64,000 nucleotides of DNA, taken from assembly GCA_026225415.1 (NCBI GenBank), contig JAMFSS010000009.1:192062-256061 (forward strand). The letters are read 5' to 3'. The translations under genes and the position numbers were made by a program. Origin of the DNA: Alphaproteobacteria bacterium. Its GTDB lineage: Bacteria > Pseudomonadota > Alphaproteobacteria > UBA9219. The notes below the pieces were generated by a model that did no database searches, was not told the DNA's origin, and saw only the letters and a list, made by a program, of their open reading frames with translations. Below are positions 9,311-19,193 of this stretch, piece after piece (within the stretch, counting starts at the first letter, position 1; each line of letters opens with the position of its first letter).

Positions 9311-9544
9311 ATGAATAACGAACAAGTCAAAGGCAATTGGGATCAATTCGCCGGCAAGATAAAACAAAGCTGGGGCAAATTGACAGATGACGATGTCACG
9401 CTTTTGAAAGGCAATGCCCAGGAATTTTTCGGCAAGCTGAAAGAAAAACACGGCATCGAAAAAGAAAAAGCCGAAGAACAGTTGAAGGAATTTAGCAAGA
9501 GCTGTGGCGATTGCTATACCCCCGACAGCCGTAAAGCCGCGTAA
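9311..9544 (+). CDS. CsbD-family general stress protein
   Basis: MNNEQVKGNWDQFAGKIKQSWGKLTDDDV... is the canonical CsbD signature. AGGAGA RBS. Confidence 0.85.
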   Translation: MNNEQVKGNWDQFAGKIKQSWGKLTDDDVTLLKGNAQEFFGKLKEKHGIEKEKAEEQLKEFSKSCGDCYTPDSRKAA

Positions 9545-9562
9545 CACCGGTAGATAAAAATG

Positions 9563-9595
9563 GGCCCGGCATGGTGATCATGCCGGGCTTTTTTA
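9563..9595 (+). terminator. rho-independent terminator (a second palindrome at 9606-9638 serves the convergent gene)
   Basis: gcccggcatg...catgccgggc stem plus a T6 tract. Confidence 0.75.
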
Positions 9596-9661
9596 CATAC
9601 AAGAATGCGCCGGTATATCCAAAAATATACCGGCGCATCTTACCACTCCATGGTATCGGGG

Positions 9662-10201
9662 TTACTTGGTGTTGGTTTCCTGATCGACGATTGCGCCGTT
9701 AACCGACTTGGTTGTCGATGTGGTGGTGGTCGAATTCATTAAACCCTGCGGGTCTGTGGTTTTTTCAGACTTTTCGGTCGATATGACGTTGCCCTTGCTG
9801 TCGACATTAACGTTGGTGCTGGCTTTTTCCTTCACATTCGTGCCGTCTGTGTTGGTGTGGGTGACGGTTTTGGTTTTCTTAAAACCGCCATTATCCTTGT
9901 CCTTATATTCGCTCGTGCTTTTATCCGTGGATTTATGCAACGCACCTTTCGAAGTGGTACTTTGCTTCTTGATGGTTTTGGTGGTCTTGCCGTCGGAACC
10001 GACTGTCAGATCCACCTTTTTATCATTGGTGGTTTTGCTGCCGTCCGCGCCATTTTGTTCGTCGGTCGTGGTGGTTTCATAACCGCCATTGGCTTTTTGT
10101 TGCACGTTGGTTTGCGAATCCGCGCTGGCATCCGCCGCATGCGCGGTATGGATGAGCGAGAGAGCGGTAACGGCGACCAGAAGAGCGAGAGGTTTTTTCA
10201 T
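9662..10201 (-). CDS. secreted Thr/Lys-rich hypothetical protein
   Basis: Signal peptide MKKPLALLVAVTALSLIHTAHA. The mature part is low-complexity (T, K, D, S). Confidence 0.5.
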   Translation of the reverse strand: MKKPLALLVAVTALSLIHTAHAADASADSQTNVQQKANGGYETTTTDEQNGADGSKTTNDKKVDLTVGSDGKTTKTIKKQSTTSKGALHKSTDKSTSEYKDKDNGGFKKTKTVTHTNTDGTNVKEKASTNVNVDSKGNVISTEKSEKTTDPQGLMNSTTTTSTTKSVNGAIVDQETNTK

Positions 10202-10433
10202 TGGTGTTTCCTTATTATCTGTTGATGCAACCCATACGGGAGGAGTCAATAATCACTACCGCCGCCATGGGTAAAAAATCAAAAGGGACAGCGGGGCAGG
10301 AAATAAGGAACCTGCAAATATCTTTATGCGTCTTGGTTTATCCACAATTTATTTTTCATGCGCCTTGTCGTCTGTTGGCTTTACAGGACTTGGTGCATTC
10401 TAAATCATCGAACACCATCCACAGGAGTCCGCC

Positions 10434-10664
10434 ATGCAACAGTCACCCGCCTTTGATGCGCAGAAAAACTTTAATTTGTCCAACATGCTGTTCACCGAAA
10501 TGCAGAAATATCTGAATGCGTACAGAACCGGCGCGTACAGCGAGAGCAAGCGCGGCCAATTGCGTGCCGCCTATAAGGTTGACAAGAAGCCAAAGCAAAC
10601 CGAAATGATCGGTGAATGTTTCGGTTTTAAATTCAGCCCCGACAGCGCGCATGCCCGCCAATAA
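10434..10664 (+). CDS. small hypothetical protein (76 aa)
   Basis: AGGAG SD before the ATG. No recognisable domain. Confidence 0.4.
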   Translation: MQQSPAFDAQKNFNLSNMLFTEMQKYLNAYRTGAYSESKRGQLRAAYKVDKKPKQTEMIGECFGFKFSPDSAHARQ

Positions 10665-10849
10665 TTTTGGGGGCTGGAGTAGCTAAGCGAACTGTTATTT
10701 ATGCCTATGGGCGCAAGGTAGCGATTTTAATGCTGTAGGAGCAAACGTCGCCCCGGGTCATCCTCGGTTTGCCGTTGGCCACCAAAGCCTGGAGGATATC
10801 AAGCAGGCCGCCAGTGTGGTTATCTGTTTTGAAAGACAAGGAACCCATA

Positions 10850-11326
10850 TTATATCCCGCCTGAAAAGCCTGTGCCTTCGGGCAGAACGGCCAGCGTAAA
10901 CCAGAGCTGTTCGACCTTTTCGACGACGGCGAGCGACTCTTGCAAATCGCTTGGTTTGACGATGTAGCTGTTGGCATGCAGCGCATAGCTGGAAACAACG
11001 TCTTGTTCGGCGCTGGAACTGGAAAGAACCATGACGGGAATAAGTTTAAAGGCTTCGTTTTTCTTAATCTCGCTTAAAACTTCCTTGCCGCTCATTTTAG
11101 GGAGGTTCAAATCGAGAAGAATAATATCCGGCTTCATGGCTTGTGTGTATGGCTCTTCGCGACCGAGGATCGCCAACGCTTCCTCGCCGCTGGTGGCGAT
11201 CATCATTTCATACGGCATTTTGGCCTGACGAAAAGCGCGTTTGATCATCAAAACATCACCCGGATTGTCTTCGACAATCAGGATCAAAGCGGGTCTTTGT
11301 TTTTTTTGCAATGTCTTCATAACCAT
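10850..11326 (-). CDS. stand-alone response regulator receiver (CheY-like)
   Basis: Acidic pocket ILIVEDNPGD, phospho-Asp context IILLDLNLPKMSG, and conserved K in IVKPS. Confidence 0.85.
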   Translation of the reverse strand: MVMKTLQKKQRPALILIVEDNPGDVLMIKRAFRQAKMPYEMMIATSGEEALAILGREEPYTQAMKPDIILLDLNLPKMSGKEVLSEIKKNEAFKLIPVMVLSSSSAEQDVVSSYALHANSYIVKPSDLQESLAVVEKVEQLWFTLAVLPEGTGFSGGI

Positions 11327-11340
11327 AATTTGCCCTAACT

Positions 11341-14157
11341 CTATGCCTGCTTTGCGATCGTGAATTGAAAAATACTGCCCTTGCCGGGGGTAGAGGTGAC
11401 ATGGATTTTGCCGCCATGATTTTCGACAATTTTTTTACAGATCGCCAACCCCAAGCCGGTGCCTTTAATTTCGTCCCAACTATGCAAACGGCGGAACGGT
11501 TCAAAAACTTTGTCGACGAAATCATTTTCGATGCCGATGCCGTTATCCTGAACCGACAAGGCGATCATGTCGCCCTGATCCACAGCCGCCACCGTAACGA
11601 CGGGGATTTGGCCTTCGGGTTGATATTTGATCGCGTTGGCAATCAAATTCTTCATTAGGCGCATAAATTGCACACTGCTGCCTTCGAAGGACGGTATGGG
11701 GCCGACGGTTATTTGGGCCTGTTTCTCGCGGATAAGTTCCGAAATATTATCCAACGCGCGCTTCAATTCCGCCGTGCCGTTCACTTTATTTTTCGTCAGA
11801 TTGCTTTTATCGACGCGGGCGTAATCCAGCAAATCCCTGACCATCGCGCGCATACGCTGGCTCGCCTCGACAATGGAAGTCAGGTAATTTTTTCCTTCAT
11901 CATCCAGACTGGCGGCGTAATCTTGCGACAGAATATCGCTGAGACCCGAGATCATGCGCAAGGGTTCCTGCATATCGTGCGAAGCGACATAGGCAAAGCG
12001 TTCCAGTTCGGTGTTGGAATTCACCAATCTTTGCATCAATTGTTCGCGCTCCGTGATATCGCGGTTGATTTCGAGCGTGCCGATTTGCGCGCCCTTCTTG
12101 TCGCGTTGCACAACCCATCGGCTGGTCACGACTATCTTTTGGCCATTCTTTTTGGTGTGAACCAGCTCGCCTTCCCACTTATCTTTGGCCTGCAATTCGG
12201 CCTTGATATTTTCCAACGTATCGGGAAACGCCGTTTGTAAAATATCATGCGATATATGGCCCACAACATCCACGGCCGGCATGCCGTAAGTCAGTTCGGC
12301 GCCCTTGTTCCAGAAAACGATTTCGTCTTTCTGGTTGCGGACGATAATCGCATCATGCGCAAGATCGAGAAGCGACGCCTGGTTTTGCAGCTCTTCCTTC
12401 AGCTGTTTGCTTTCCGTGATATTTTCTATTTGCGAGATAAAATATTTGGGGTTGCCATCGCCATCGCGCACCAATGACACATTCAAAAGAGCCCAGATAA
12501 TGTGGCCGTCCTTGTGGAAATATCTTTTCTCCATCTGATAGGTGCTCAGGGTTCCTGCCAGCATTTGTTCAACGAAGTTCAGGTCTTTTTGCAAATCTTC
12601 CGGATGGGTGATGGATTGAAAATTCGTCGCAATCATTTCTTTTTCGCTGTACCCCAACATCGCGCAAATGGCTTGATTGATTTCCAGCCACTTGCCTTCG
12701 GTCGAAACCAAAGCCATGCCGATAGGCGCATAATGCATGGAAAGGCGGAATGTTTCTTCGCTCTGCCGCAACCGGTCATGGGCTGTGGCATCATTCAAAG
12801 CCGCCATCAGGACGCCGGCGATAAAGGTCAGGGTTGTGATATGGTGGTCATAAAAGGCGTTCACTTCCGATGACATGATTTTAAGGACGCCGACAACGAT
12901 GCCCTGCTGCCGCAACGGCACGACAATCATCGAGGCTACATTGATCTTGCGGCAGGCATCCTTGTTCACGCGCGGATCAAATTCCGTATTGTCGCATTTA
13001 AACGCTTTGTCTTCGACCAAACATAAACCCGACAGGCTGTTGGCGATGGGCATGCGAAAACCGACATTGCCCGCCAGATTGCCGCCGCAGGCGCGATAAA
13101 CCATGTCGTCGCCTTCGATTATTGCGATCGCGCTGCCCGTGGCACCCGCAATGGCACCCATGTGATCGACGATCACATTCATGACATGTTGTTGATTATG
13201 ATGCGATTGGGCGATCTCGCTTTGGATCCTGACGACATCCATCAGGCGCTCATGATCCCTGCGCATAACACTCAGGGCTTTTTTCTCAAGCTTGTGCGCG
13301 TATTTCCACCGGAAAGCCAGATATGTGCAAAGCCCCATGATAAAGGCGATGATCAATCCGCTGATAAAAACTGTTTGCCACAAATTATTCGCGTGCATAA
13401 CGGCGAAACTTTTTGTAGCCGCAACATCAATCGTCCATGTTTGGTTGGCGATGCGCAGGGGCATGGTGACGAGCGTGTCCGTGTCCACTTTCTGATTTTC
13501 TTCCTGCTCGGTGAAAAAAGGCACGCCGTCGGATTTAAGAACGATGCTCCAGCGGTAATTAGCTTCAAGATCGAGGAAGTCTTTGAAAAAATCGTTGATA
13601 TTAAGGGCGGCGACCATATAGCCGTTAAAAACGCCGTCAACATAAACGGGGGTATAAGCCAGCAACCCCTTATAGCCTTGGGAAAGTTGCAGCGGGGGGC
13701 TTAGGGTTAGGGTGTTCCTGGCCTCTGCGTCTTTCAGCATATCCTGACGTTCGGGCGTGGCGCGAATATCCATACCGATGACAGACTGATTGGGGTCGCG
13801 CGGTTCGACCCACTGCACATGATAGGTTGAGTCCACCCATTCGATAGCGCCGAGGCCTTTTTGCGCGCCGACATGATTGGCGGCATCTTGCTGCCACAAC
13901 GCATAGGGCGTGCCGCGTTCGGCCTCCCACCGCTCAGACATATATTTAAGGGCGCCAAGCTCGCCTTTGACGGCGCGATTGATCAGGTCGCTGACTTTCG
14001 TGGATTTTTCGGCGACGGCGGCTTTGAGAGATTTGGCTTCGTCGCATTTTATTTTATACGCCAGCGCATCGGCTCCGACAGTGACACAGGTAAAAACCAC
14101 CGCGGCAAGAAAAAACTGTTTGCGCTTATCGGCAAAGGGCATTTTCAATCGCTCCAT
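11341..14157 (-). CDS. sensor histidine kinase: periplasmic CHASE domain, TM, GAF, two PAS domains, HisKA, HATPase_c
   Basis: CHASE-like block (IEWVDSTYHVQWVEPRDPNQSVIGMDI...LSPPLQLSQGYKGLLAYTPVY), H-box ASHDMQEPLR, G-box GTGLGLAICKKIVENHGG. Confidence 0.85.
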   Translation of the reverse strand: MERLKMPFADKRKQFFLAAVVFTCVTVGADALAYKIKCDEAKSLKAAVAEKSTKVSDLINRAVKGELGALKYMSERWEAERGTPYALWQQDAANHVGAQKGLGAIEWVDSTYHVQWVEPRDPNQSVIGMDIRATPERQDMLKDAEARNTLTLSPPLQLSQGYKGLLAYTPVYVDGVFNGYMVAALNINDFFKDFLDLEANYRWSIVLKSDGVPFFTEQEENQKVDTDTLVTMPLRIANQTWTIDVAATKSFAVMHANNLWQTVFISGLIIAFIMGLCTYLAFRWKYAHKLEKKALSVMRRDHERLMDVVRIQSEIAQSHHNQQHVMNVIVDHMGAIAGATGSAIAIIEGDDMVYRACGGNLAGNVGFRMPIANSLSGLCLVEDKAFKCDNTEFDPRVNKDACRKINVASMIVVPLRQQGIVVGVLKIMSSEVNAFYDHHITTLTFIAGVLMAALNDATAHDRLRQSEETFRLSMHYAPIGMALVSTEGKWLEINQAICAMLGYSEKEMIATNFQSITHPEDLQKDLNFVEQMLAGTLSTYQMEKRYFHKDGHIIWALLNVSLVRDGDGNPKYFISQIENITESKQLKEELQNQASLLDLAHDAIIVRNQKDEIVFWNKGAELTYGMPAVDVVGHISHDILQTAFPDTLENIKAELQAKDKWEGELVHTKKNGQKIVVTSRWVVQRDKKGAQIGTLEINRDITEREQLMQRLVNSNTELERFAYVASHDMQEPLRMISGLSDILSQDYAASLDDEGKNYLTSIVEASQRMRAMVRDLLDYARVDKSNLTKNKVNGTAELKRALDNISELIREKQAQITVGPIPSFEGSSVQFMRLMKNLIANAIKYQPEGQIPVVTVAAVDQGDMIALSVQDNGIGIENDFVDKVFEPFRRLHSWDEIKGTGLGLAICKKIVENHGGKIHVTSTPGKGSIFQFTIAKQA

Positions 14158-14746
14158 AGAATTGTTCTTTGGAAAGCTGGTTTTTATCGAGATAAGCGCA
14201 AACACCCTGAGCCAAAGCTTTCTTTTCAATCGCCTCGCTGGGCAAGCCGGTCACAAAAATGATGGGAGGCATGGCTTCTTTGTCCTGCTTCATTTCCGCA
14301 AGCACCTGAAAACCGTCGATGCCATACATCATGAAATCGAGAATGACACAGGCCGGTTTATGGTCGGCGAAGGCTTCGAATCCGGTTTTGCCATTCGAGG
14401 CTTCGAAAATTTCAAATTTTCGATTGGGCATTTGATCGAGCCACCTTTTGTACGTCAGCCGGTCATGGCGGCTGTCATCCACAATCAAAATCGGGATGGC
14501 CTTGAACATATTTGACTTGGGCGTCAGGCAGATGCCCTGTCTTCCCTGTGTCTCGGTAAAAAATTCGATGCCTTCGGCTTCAAGCGCCGATTGGATAGCG
14601 CGCAAGGTGCTAAGCTTGGGGTCGCGATGCGCCTGACGTTCGATATTGTTCAATGTCGCAATTGATATGCCGGCCTTTTGAGCCAGCTCTTTCTGACCCA
14701 ACCCTATCATGGCGCGCGCGGCGCGGATTTGTTCAACCGATATCAT
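14126..14746 (-). CDS. XRE-family HTH + receiver domain response regulator (N-terminal HTH_3, C-terminal REC)
   Basis: The N-terminus (MISVEQIRAARAMIGLGQKELAQKAGISIATLNNIERQ) is a Cro/C1-type HTH. REC motifs follow (ILIVDDS, ILDFMMYGIDG, YLDKNQ). Confidence 0.8.
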   Translation of the reverse strand: MISVEQIRAARAMIGLGQKELAQKAGISIATLNNIERQAHRDPKLSTLRAIQSALEAEGIEFFTETQGRQGICLTPKSNMFKAIPILIVDDSRHDRLTYKRWLDQMPNRKFEIFEASNGKTGFEAFADHKPACVILDFMMYGIDGFQVLAEMKQDKEAMPPIIFVTGLPSEAIEKKALAQGVCAYLDKNQLSKEQFYGAIENALCR

Positions 14747-15061
14747 GATCTAGCTTTCACACATAAATCTGTTACAAAACTAGGTTTTTATTATCACAGG
14801 GAAAAGTTAAGGGCTAACTAAAAATAAGGCCTTTGGCGGATCAATTTAGCGATATTCAGGAGTTTAAAACCTGATTCTAGGTCTTTGTCCCTAATGCGCA
14901 GCCTTGTTTCACAAAGGGGCGGGCGGTTTATGCCAGTTGGACAACAAAATAGTGTCCCATAGCAGCAATAAAAAAATATACACAAGGACACGCACCAATT
15001 TCAGCGACACCGACTTATGCTTTTCATAAATGGCGTCGCTGAAATCAAGCGCGGCTTAAAA

Positions 15062-15421
15062 TTAGGCTATTGCTGCCTTCTTCAGTTTCGACAGCGCGCG
15101 AATTTTAACGCGAACACTGGCGGGCTTAGCAGCAGCCTTCATCAACTCACCAGTTGCAGGGTTACGAACCAGCGTACCAGCCTTACGCGCCGCAACCTTG
15201 CGAAGCGTAACCTTTAACAGACCGGGCAAGGTAAATTCGCCAACACCGCGCGGATGCACCGAACCGAGGATCACAGATTCCAGCGTATTGAAAACACCCA
15301 CAGCAGTCTTCCGGGGAATTTCATTCTGTTCAGCGATCAGATTGATAAGCGCCGATTTGGTAATTGTTTCCTTGACCGCACGAACGGTCGCAACAGGCTT
15401 GCTGATTTTCTTTTTAGCCAT
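15062..15421 (-). CDS. HU/IHF-family DNA-binding protein with a Lys-rich N-terminal extension
   Basis: INLIAEQNEIPRKTAVGVFNTLESVI...GEFTLPGLLKVTLRKVAARKAGTLVRNPATGE matches the HU fold, including the arm motif R-N-P-x-T-G. Confidence 0.75.
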   Translation of the reverse strand: MAKKKISKPVATVRAVKETITKSALINLIAEQNEIPRKTAVGVFNTLESVILGSVHPRGVGEFTLPGLLKVTLRKVAARKAGTLVRNPATGELMKAAAKPASVRVKIRALSKLKKAAIA

Positions 15422-15916
15422 GACTTCTCCAATAGATTGTTGACGCTCCTAAGGTACGATGATTCGCGGAGGCCTATTGTTGTTAAACGTCCCCAGCCCA
15501 ATGCACAAGTAACGACTTTTTGCGGCCAAAACACAGGCGGCCACAAAGCCAGGATTAGACATTCCCCTGATGATTGAATAATAGGATAGGGTTTCAATAG
15601 CAGGATCGAAAAATAGCCCCTCAAGAAACATATTACGGCGGAAATGCATCGCAGCATGAAAGAGCAGATCAATGAAGCGATAGGTTAGGACACACTGACG
15701 TGAAAAGCTCAATCCGTTACCAAACCTGCCTTCAACGACTATTTTCAAGCTCACTCGCACAATAAAGAAGGCTAGCACTCAATCTACAAATTAGACGTTC
15801 AGTCTTTCCCCCATTTTTCCCCCACTTTTGAGAAGTGTTCTTTCATCGTTCTGCACATATCCATAGAATGTTAAAAACAGCACATTAATAAAAGCGCTAT
15901 ATTTTATTAGGAGAAA

Positions 15917-15991
15917 TGGTGCTGCCGATAGGAATTGAACCTACGACCCCGTCATTACCAATGACGTGCTCTACCCCTGAGCTACGGCAGC
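15917..15991 (-). tRNA. tRNA-Thr (anticodon GGU)
   Basis: Cloverleaf folded by hand: acceptor GCUGCCG, anticodon loop UUGGUAA, T-arm GTAGGTTCAATTCCTAT, encoded CCA. Confidence 0.85.
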
Positions 15992-16121
15992 AATTGGGTG
16001 GGCGGCAGGGTAAACCCCGCAGCGAGGCCGCTTTGTGCCACAACCCTACGGCTTGCGCAAGAAGCTGTGTTTTCTTTCGCAAAATTTGCTAGATTCGGCC
16101 GTTCCGAATCCAGAGGCCGCC

Positions 16122-17660
16122 ATGACCACACCTCCAAAACCCGTTATTTTGTGCATTCTCGATGGCTGGGGCTGGCGCGAAGACGCGCCCGACAACGCCA
16201 TTGCCCGCGCCAATGCGCCCGTTTTCCGCAGCGCCTGGGCGCAAAACCCCCATGCCTTGCTGGATGCATCCGAAGAACATGTCGGCCTGCCCGCGGGGCA
16301 AATCGGCAATTCCGAAGTCGGCCACATGAATTTGGGCGCCGGTCGGGTCATTTTTCAAGACCTTCCTTTGATCGACAATACAATTGCCAAAGGCGAACTG
16401 GCCGCCATCCCTGCCCTGAAAAACCTGATCGCCGCCCTTAAAAACAGCGGCGGCACCTGTCATCTGTTGGGGCTCGCGTCCCCCGGCGGCGTGCATGCGC
16501 ATCAAGACCATATGGTCGAGCTGGCGCGCATCGTCACGGCATCCGGCGTGCCGGTTGCCATCCACGCGTTTTTGGATGGGCGCGATGTGCCGCCGCAAAG
16601 CGCCGTGGCGCAGATTGATAAAATGGCGCGCGATTTATCGACCATACCCGGCGCGTCTATCGCCACCCTGTGCGGACGTTATTACGCAATGGACCGCGAT
16701 AAAAGATGGGAACGCGTTTCGCAGGCTTATGATTTGGTCACACAGGGCATCGGCGCGAAGGCCGAGAACGCCGACGAAGCCATCCAAAAATCCTATGCCG
16801 ATAATGTGCATGATGAATTTGTTTTGCCTGCAGCCATCAACGGCTATGCGGGCATGAATGACGGTGACGGAATCCTGTTCGCCAATTTCCGCGCCGACCG
16901 CGCGCGCGAAATCCTCACCGCTTTGCTCGACCCGAATTTCGACGGGTTCGAACGCAAGAAAATTGTGAAATTCGTCGCGGCAACCGGCATGGTCGAATAT
17001 TCCACCGCATTGAATATCTATATGTCCGCGCTGTTCCCGCCGAAAAAAATCGATCAAAGTCTGGGCGAAATTGTCGCCAATGCCGGCTTGAAGCAATTAC
17101 GTATCGCGGAAACAGAAAAATATCCGCATGTGACTTTCTTCTTTAATGGCGGGCGCGAAGAACCATTTCCGGGCGAAACCCGCATTATGGTGCCGTCGCC
17201 CAAAGTCGCGACTTATGATCTGCAACCGGAAATGTCGGCCTATGCCCTGACCGACAAAGTTGTGGAAGCGGTCGAAAGCGACAAGTTCGACCTGATCGTT
17301 TTAAATTACGCCAACCCCGATATGGTCGGCCATACCGGCATGCTGGATGCCGCCATCAAAGCGGTGGAGGCGATTGATGTTTGTCTGGGGCGGTTGTTCG
17401 CGGCGGTGGAAAAACGTGGCGGCGTAGTTTTGTTAACCGCCGATCACGGCAATTGCGAAAAAATGTATGATGACACCACCAACGGCCCACACACCGCGCA
17501 TACACTCGACCGCGTGCCGGTGATGATTGTCGGCGCGGGCGACAGGGTCAAAAAACTGCGCGATGGTAAATTGGCCGATGTCGCGCCGACCTTGTTGCAA
17601 ATCATGCAAATGCCCAAACCCGAAGTGATGGACGGGCAAAGCCTGATTGTTGGCGTATGA
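16122..17660 (+). CDS. gpmI: 2,3-bisphosphoglycerate-independent phosphoglycerate mutase
   Basis: N-terminal ILCILDGWGWRED and a metal-binding motif near the C-terminus (ADHGN), 512 aa. Confidence 0.9.
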   Translation: MTTPPKPVILCILDGWGWREDAPDNAIARANAPVFRSAWAQNPHALLDASEEHVGLPAGQIGNSEVGHMNLGAGRVIFQDLPLIDNTIAKGELAAIPALKNLIAALKNSGGTCHLLGLASPGGVHAHQDHMVELARIVTASGVPVAIHAFLDGRDVPPQSAVAQIDKMARDLSTIPGASIATLCGRYYAMDRDKRWERVSQAYDLVTQGIGAKAENADEAIQKSYADNVHDEFVLPAAINGYAGMNDGDGILFANFRADRAREILTALLDPNFDGFERKKIVKFVAATGMVEYSTALNIYMSALFPPKKIDQSLGEIVANAGLKQLRIAETEKYPHVTFFFNGGREEPFPGETRIMVPSPKVATYDLQPEMSAYALTDKVVEAVESDKFDLIVLNYANPDMVGHTGMLDAAIKAVEAIDVCLGRLFAAVEKRGGVVLLTADHGNCEKMYDDTTNGPHTAHTLDRVPVMIVGAGDRVKKLRDGKLADVAPTLLQIMQMPKPEVMDGQSLIVGV

Positions 17661-18763
17661 AATTCCGCGTCACTCTGGGCTGTGTGATGCTTGCATGCGC
17701 CGCCGCGCATGCGGAAAATGCGAAACAGGATGACAGGCTGCATCAGGTCGAACAGCAGCTGGCCGAAAAAAAACATCAGCAAGAGATTCTGGATCAGCAA
17801 GCGCGTGATGCCGCCAAAAATCTGGATGATCTGCGCGGGCATCTGATCCAATCGACACAGGCATTGCAGGACAAGGAAAACGAGCAAGAAAATCTGGAAG
17901 ACAAACTGGATGACCTGACCCAGCAAATCGCCGAGAAAAGCAAAAACGCCGAAGCCGAGCGCAAACAACTGGCGGCAATGGTGGCGGCCTTGGTGGAAAT
18001 TGCCGGACGCCCGCCCGAAAGCCTGTTTCTGCAAAACCATGTGACCGAAGACCATATCCATCGCAGCCTGTTGCTCAAAGCCATTCTGCCGCGTTTGCGC
18101 GAAGAGGCGGAAAGCGCGGCGCGCGATCTGGCTGCCCTCTATGACCTGCAATCACAAATGGCGACGCAAAAACGTTTGGTCGAAGCGTCGCAAAAGAATT
18201 TGCAAAAGCAACAGCAAGACATGGATCAGATGATCGCGACGCGTCAGGGTTTCCTGCAACGCACCGAACAACAAAAAGCCGATGTGGCGCAACATCTGGC
18301 GGCGTTGGCGGCACAGGCGCATGATTTGCGGCAACTGATGGAAAAAGTCGCACCGCGCCAATCATCCGCAAAAAACATCCCGCACAGCACCGGCAATCTG
18401 AAATGGCCCGTGTCCGGCGCCCTGCGCCACCATTTCGGCGACAAGGATGCCGACGGGGTTATCAGCCAGGGCTTAACCTTTACCGCCCCATCGGGTGCCC
18501 CCATTGTCGCGCCGCAAGCCGGACGCGTGGTTTTCGCGGGCACATTTCGCGGCTACGGCGAGATTATGATTTTGCAACACGGTAATGGCTATCACAGCTT
18601 TCTGGCAGGGTTTGGCCGCATCGATGCCGAAGTGGGGCAAGATGTCGCCGCGGGCGAACCGTTGGGCGTTTTACCGGTTAAATCTGGCGGCAAGCCGGAA
18701 TTGTATTTCGAATGGCGGCAAGGGGATGAGCCGGTTAATCCGCCCTTGCAGGACAAATCGTAA
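17657..18763 (+). CDS. EnvC-like murein hydrolase activator / M23 (LytM-domain) peptidase family protein
   Basis: Signal peptide, a long coiled-coil (Q/E/L-rich), and a C-terminal LytM-type domain (GVISQGLTFTAPSGAPIVAPQAGRVVFAG...ILQHGNGYHS). The start overlaps the gpmI stop (ATGA). Confidence 0.7.
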   Translation: MKFRVTLGCVMLACAAAHAENAKQDDRLHQVEQQLAEKKHQQEILDQQARDAAKNLDDLRGHLIQSTQALQDKENEQENLEDKLDDLTQQIAEKSKNAEAERKQLAAMVAALVEIAGRPPESLFLQNHVTEDHIHRSLLLKAILPRLREEAESAARDLAALYDLQSQMATQKRLVEASQKNLQKQQQDMDQMIATRQGFLQRTEQQKADVAQHLAALAAQAHDLRQLMEKVAPRQSSAKNIPHSTGNLKWPVSGALRHHFGDKDADGVISQGLTFTAPSGAPIVAPQAGRVVFAGTFRGYGEIMILQHGNGYHSFLAGFGRIDAEVGQDVAAGEPLGVLPVKSGGKPELYFEWRQGDEPVNPPLQDKS

Positions 18764-19052
18764 ATTTACCGCATGAAACTATTGAAATTAATCATGTTGG
18801 TTTGGTAAGAAGCAAAACCTTATTAAAAGAAAGAGAGATTATGAAAAACCCTTTTATCAGCCTTATACGGGCATTTCGCGAAGCCAAACGCCGGATGTTT
18901 GATGTTTACGCCCCTGAACGCGCCAAAACTACCGCGCTGAACAAGCGTCCTTTGCCAGGCAGACCCCGATTCTAACCCCCGGCAAGAGAGTGTTTGACTC
19001 GTCCGGGTCGAATCCCTATAAGGACGGCTCTATTTAGTTAAGGATCAAGACA

Positions 19053-19187
19053 ATGAAACGTACATATCAACCAAGCAAACTGGTGCGCAAGCGCCGCCAC
19101 GGATTCCGCGCCCGTATGGCCACGATGAATGGCCGCAAGGTTTTGGCCCGCCGTCGTGCGCATGGCCGCGCCAAACTGTCGGCTTAA
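19053..19187 (+). CDS. rpmH: 50S ribosomal protein L34
   Basis: [44 protein letters not shown], 44 aa. Not in the ORF track. Confidence 0.95.
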   Translation: MKRTYQPSKLVRKRRHGFRARMATMNGRKVLARRRAHGRAKLSA

Positions 19188-19193
19188 AATTAA

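Noticed and set aside
3806-10201. sigma(EcfG)-type promoter motifs (GGAAC-N16/17-CGTT) upstream of the stress genes
   Set aside because: I found GGAAC upstream of the DUF1328 gene but no properly spaced CGTT. No convincing full motif by eye, so this is not reported as a feature.
16046-17096. Minus-strand ORFs (101, 169 and 153 aa) inside gpmI
   Set aside because: Antisense to a highly conserved enzyme gene. Typical high-GC shadow ORFs.
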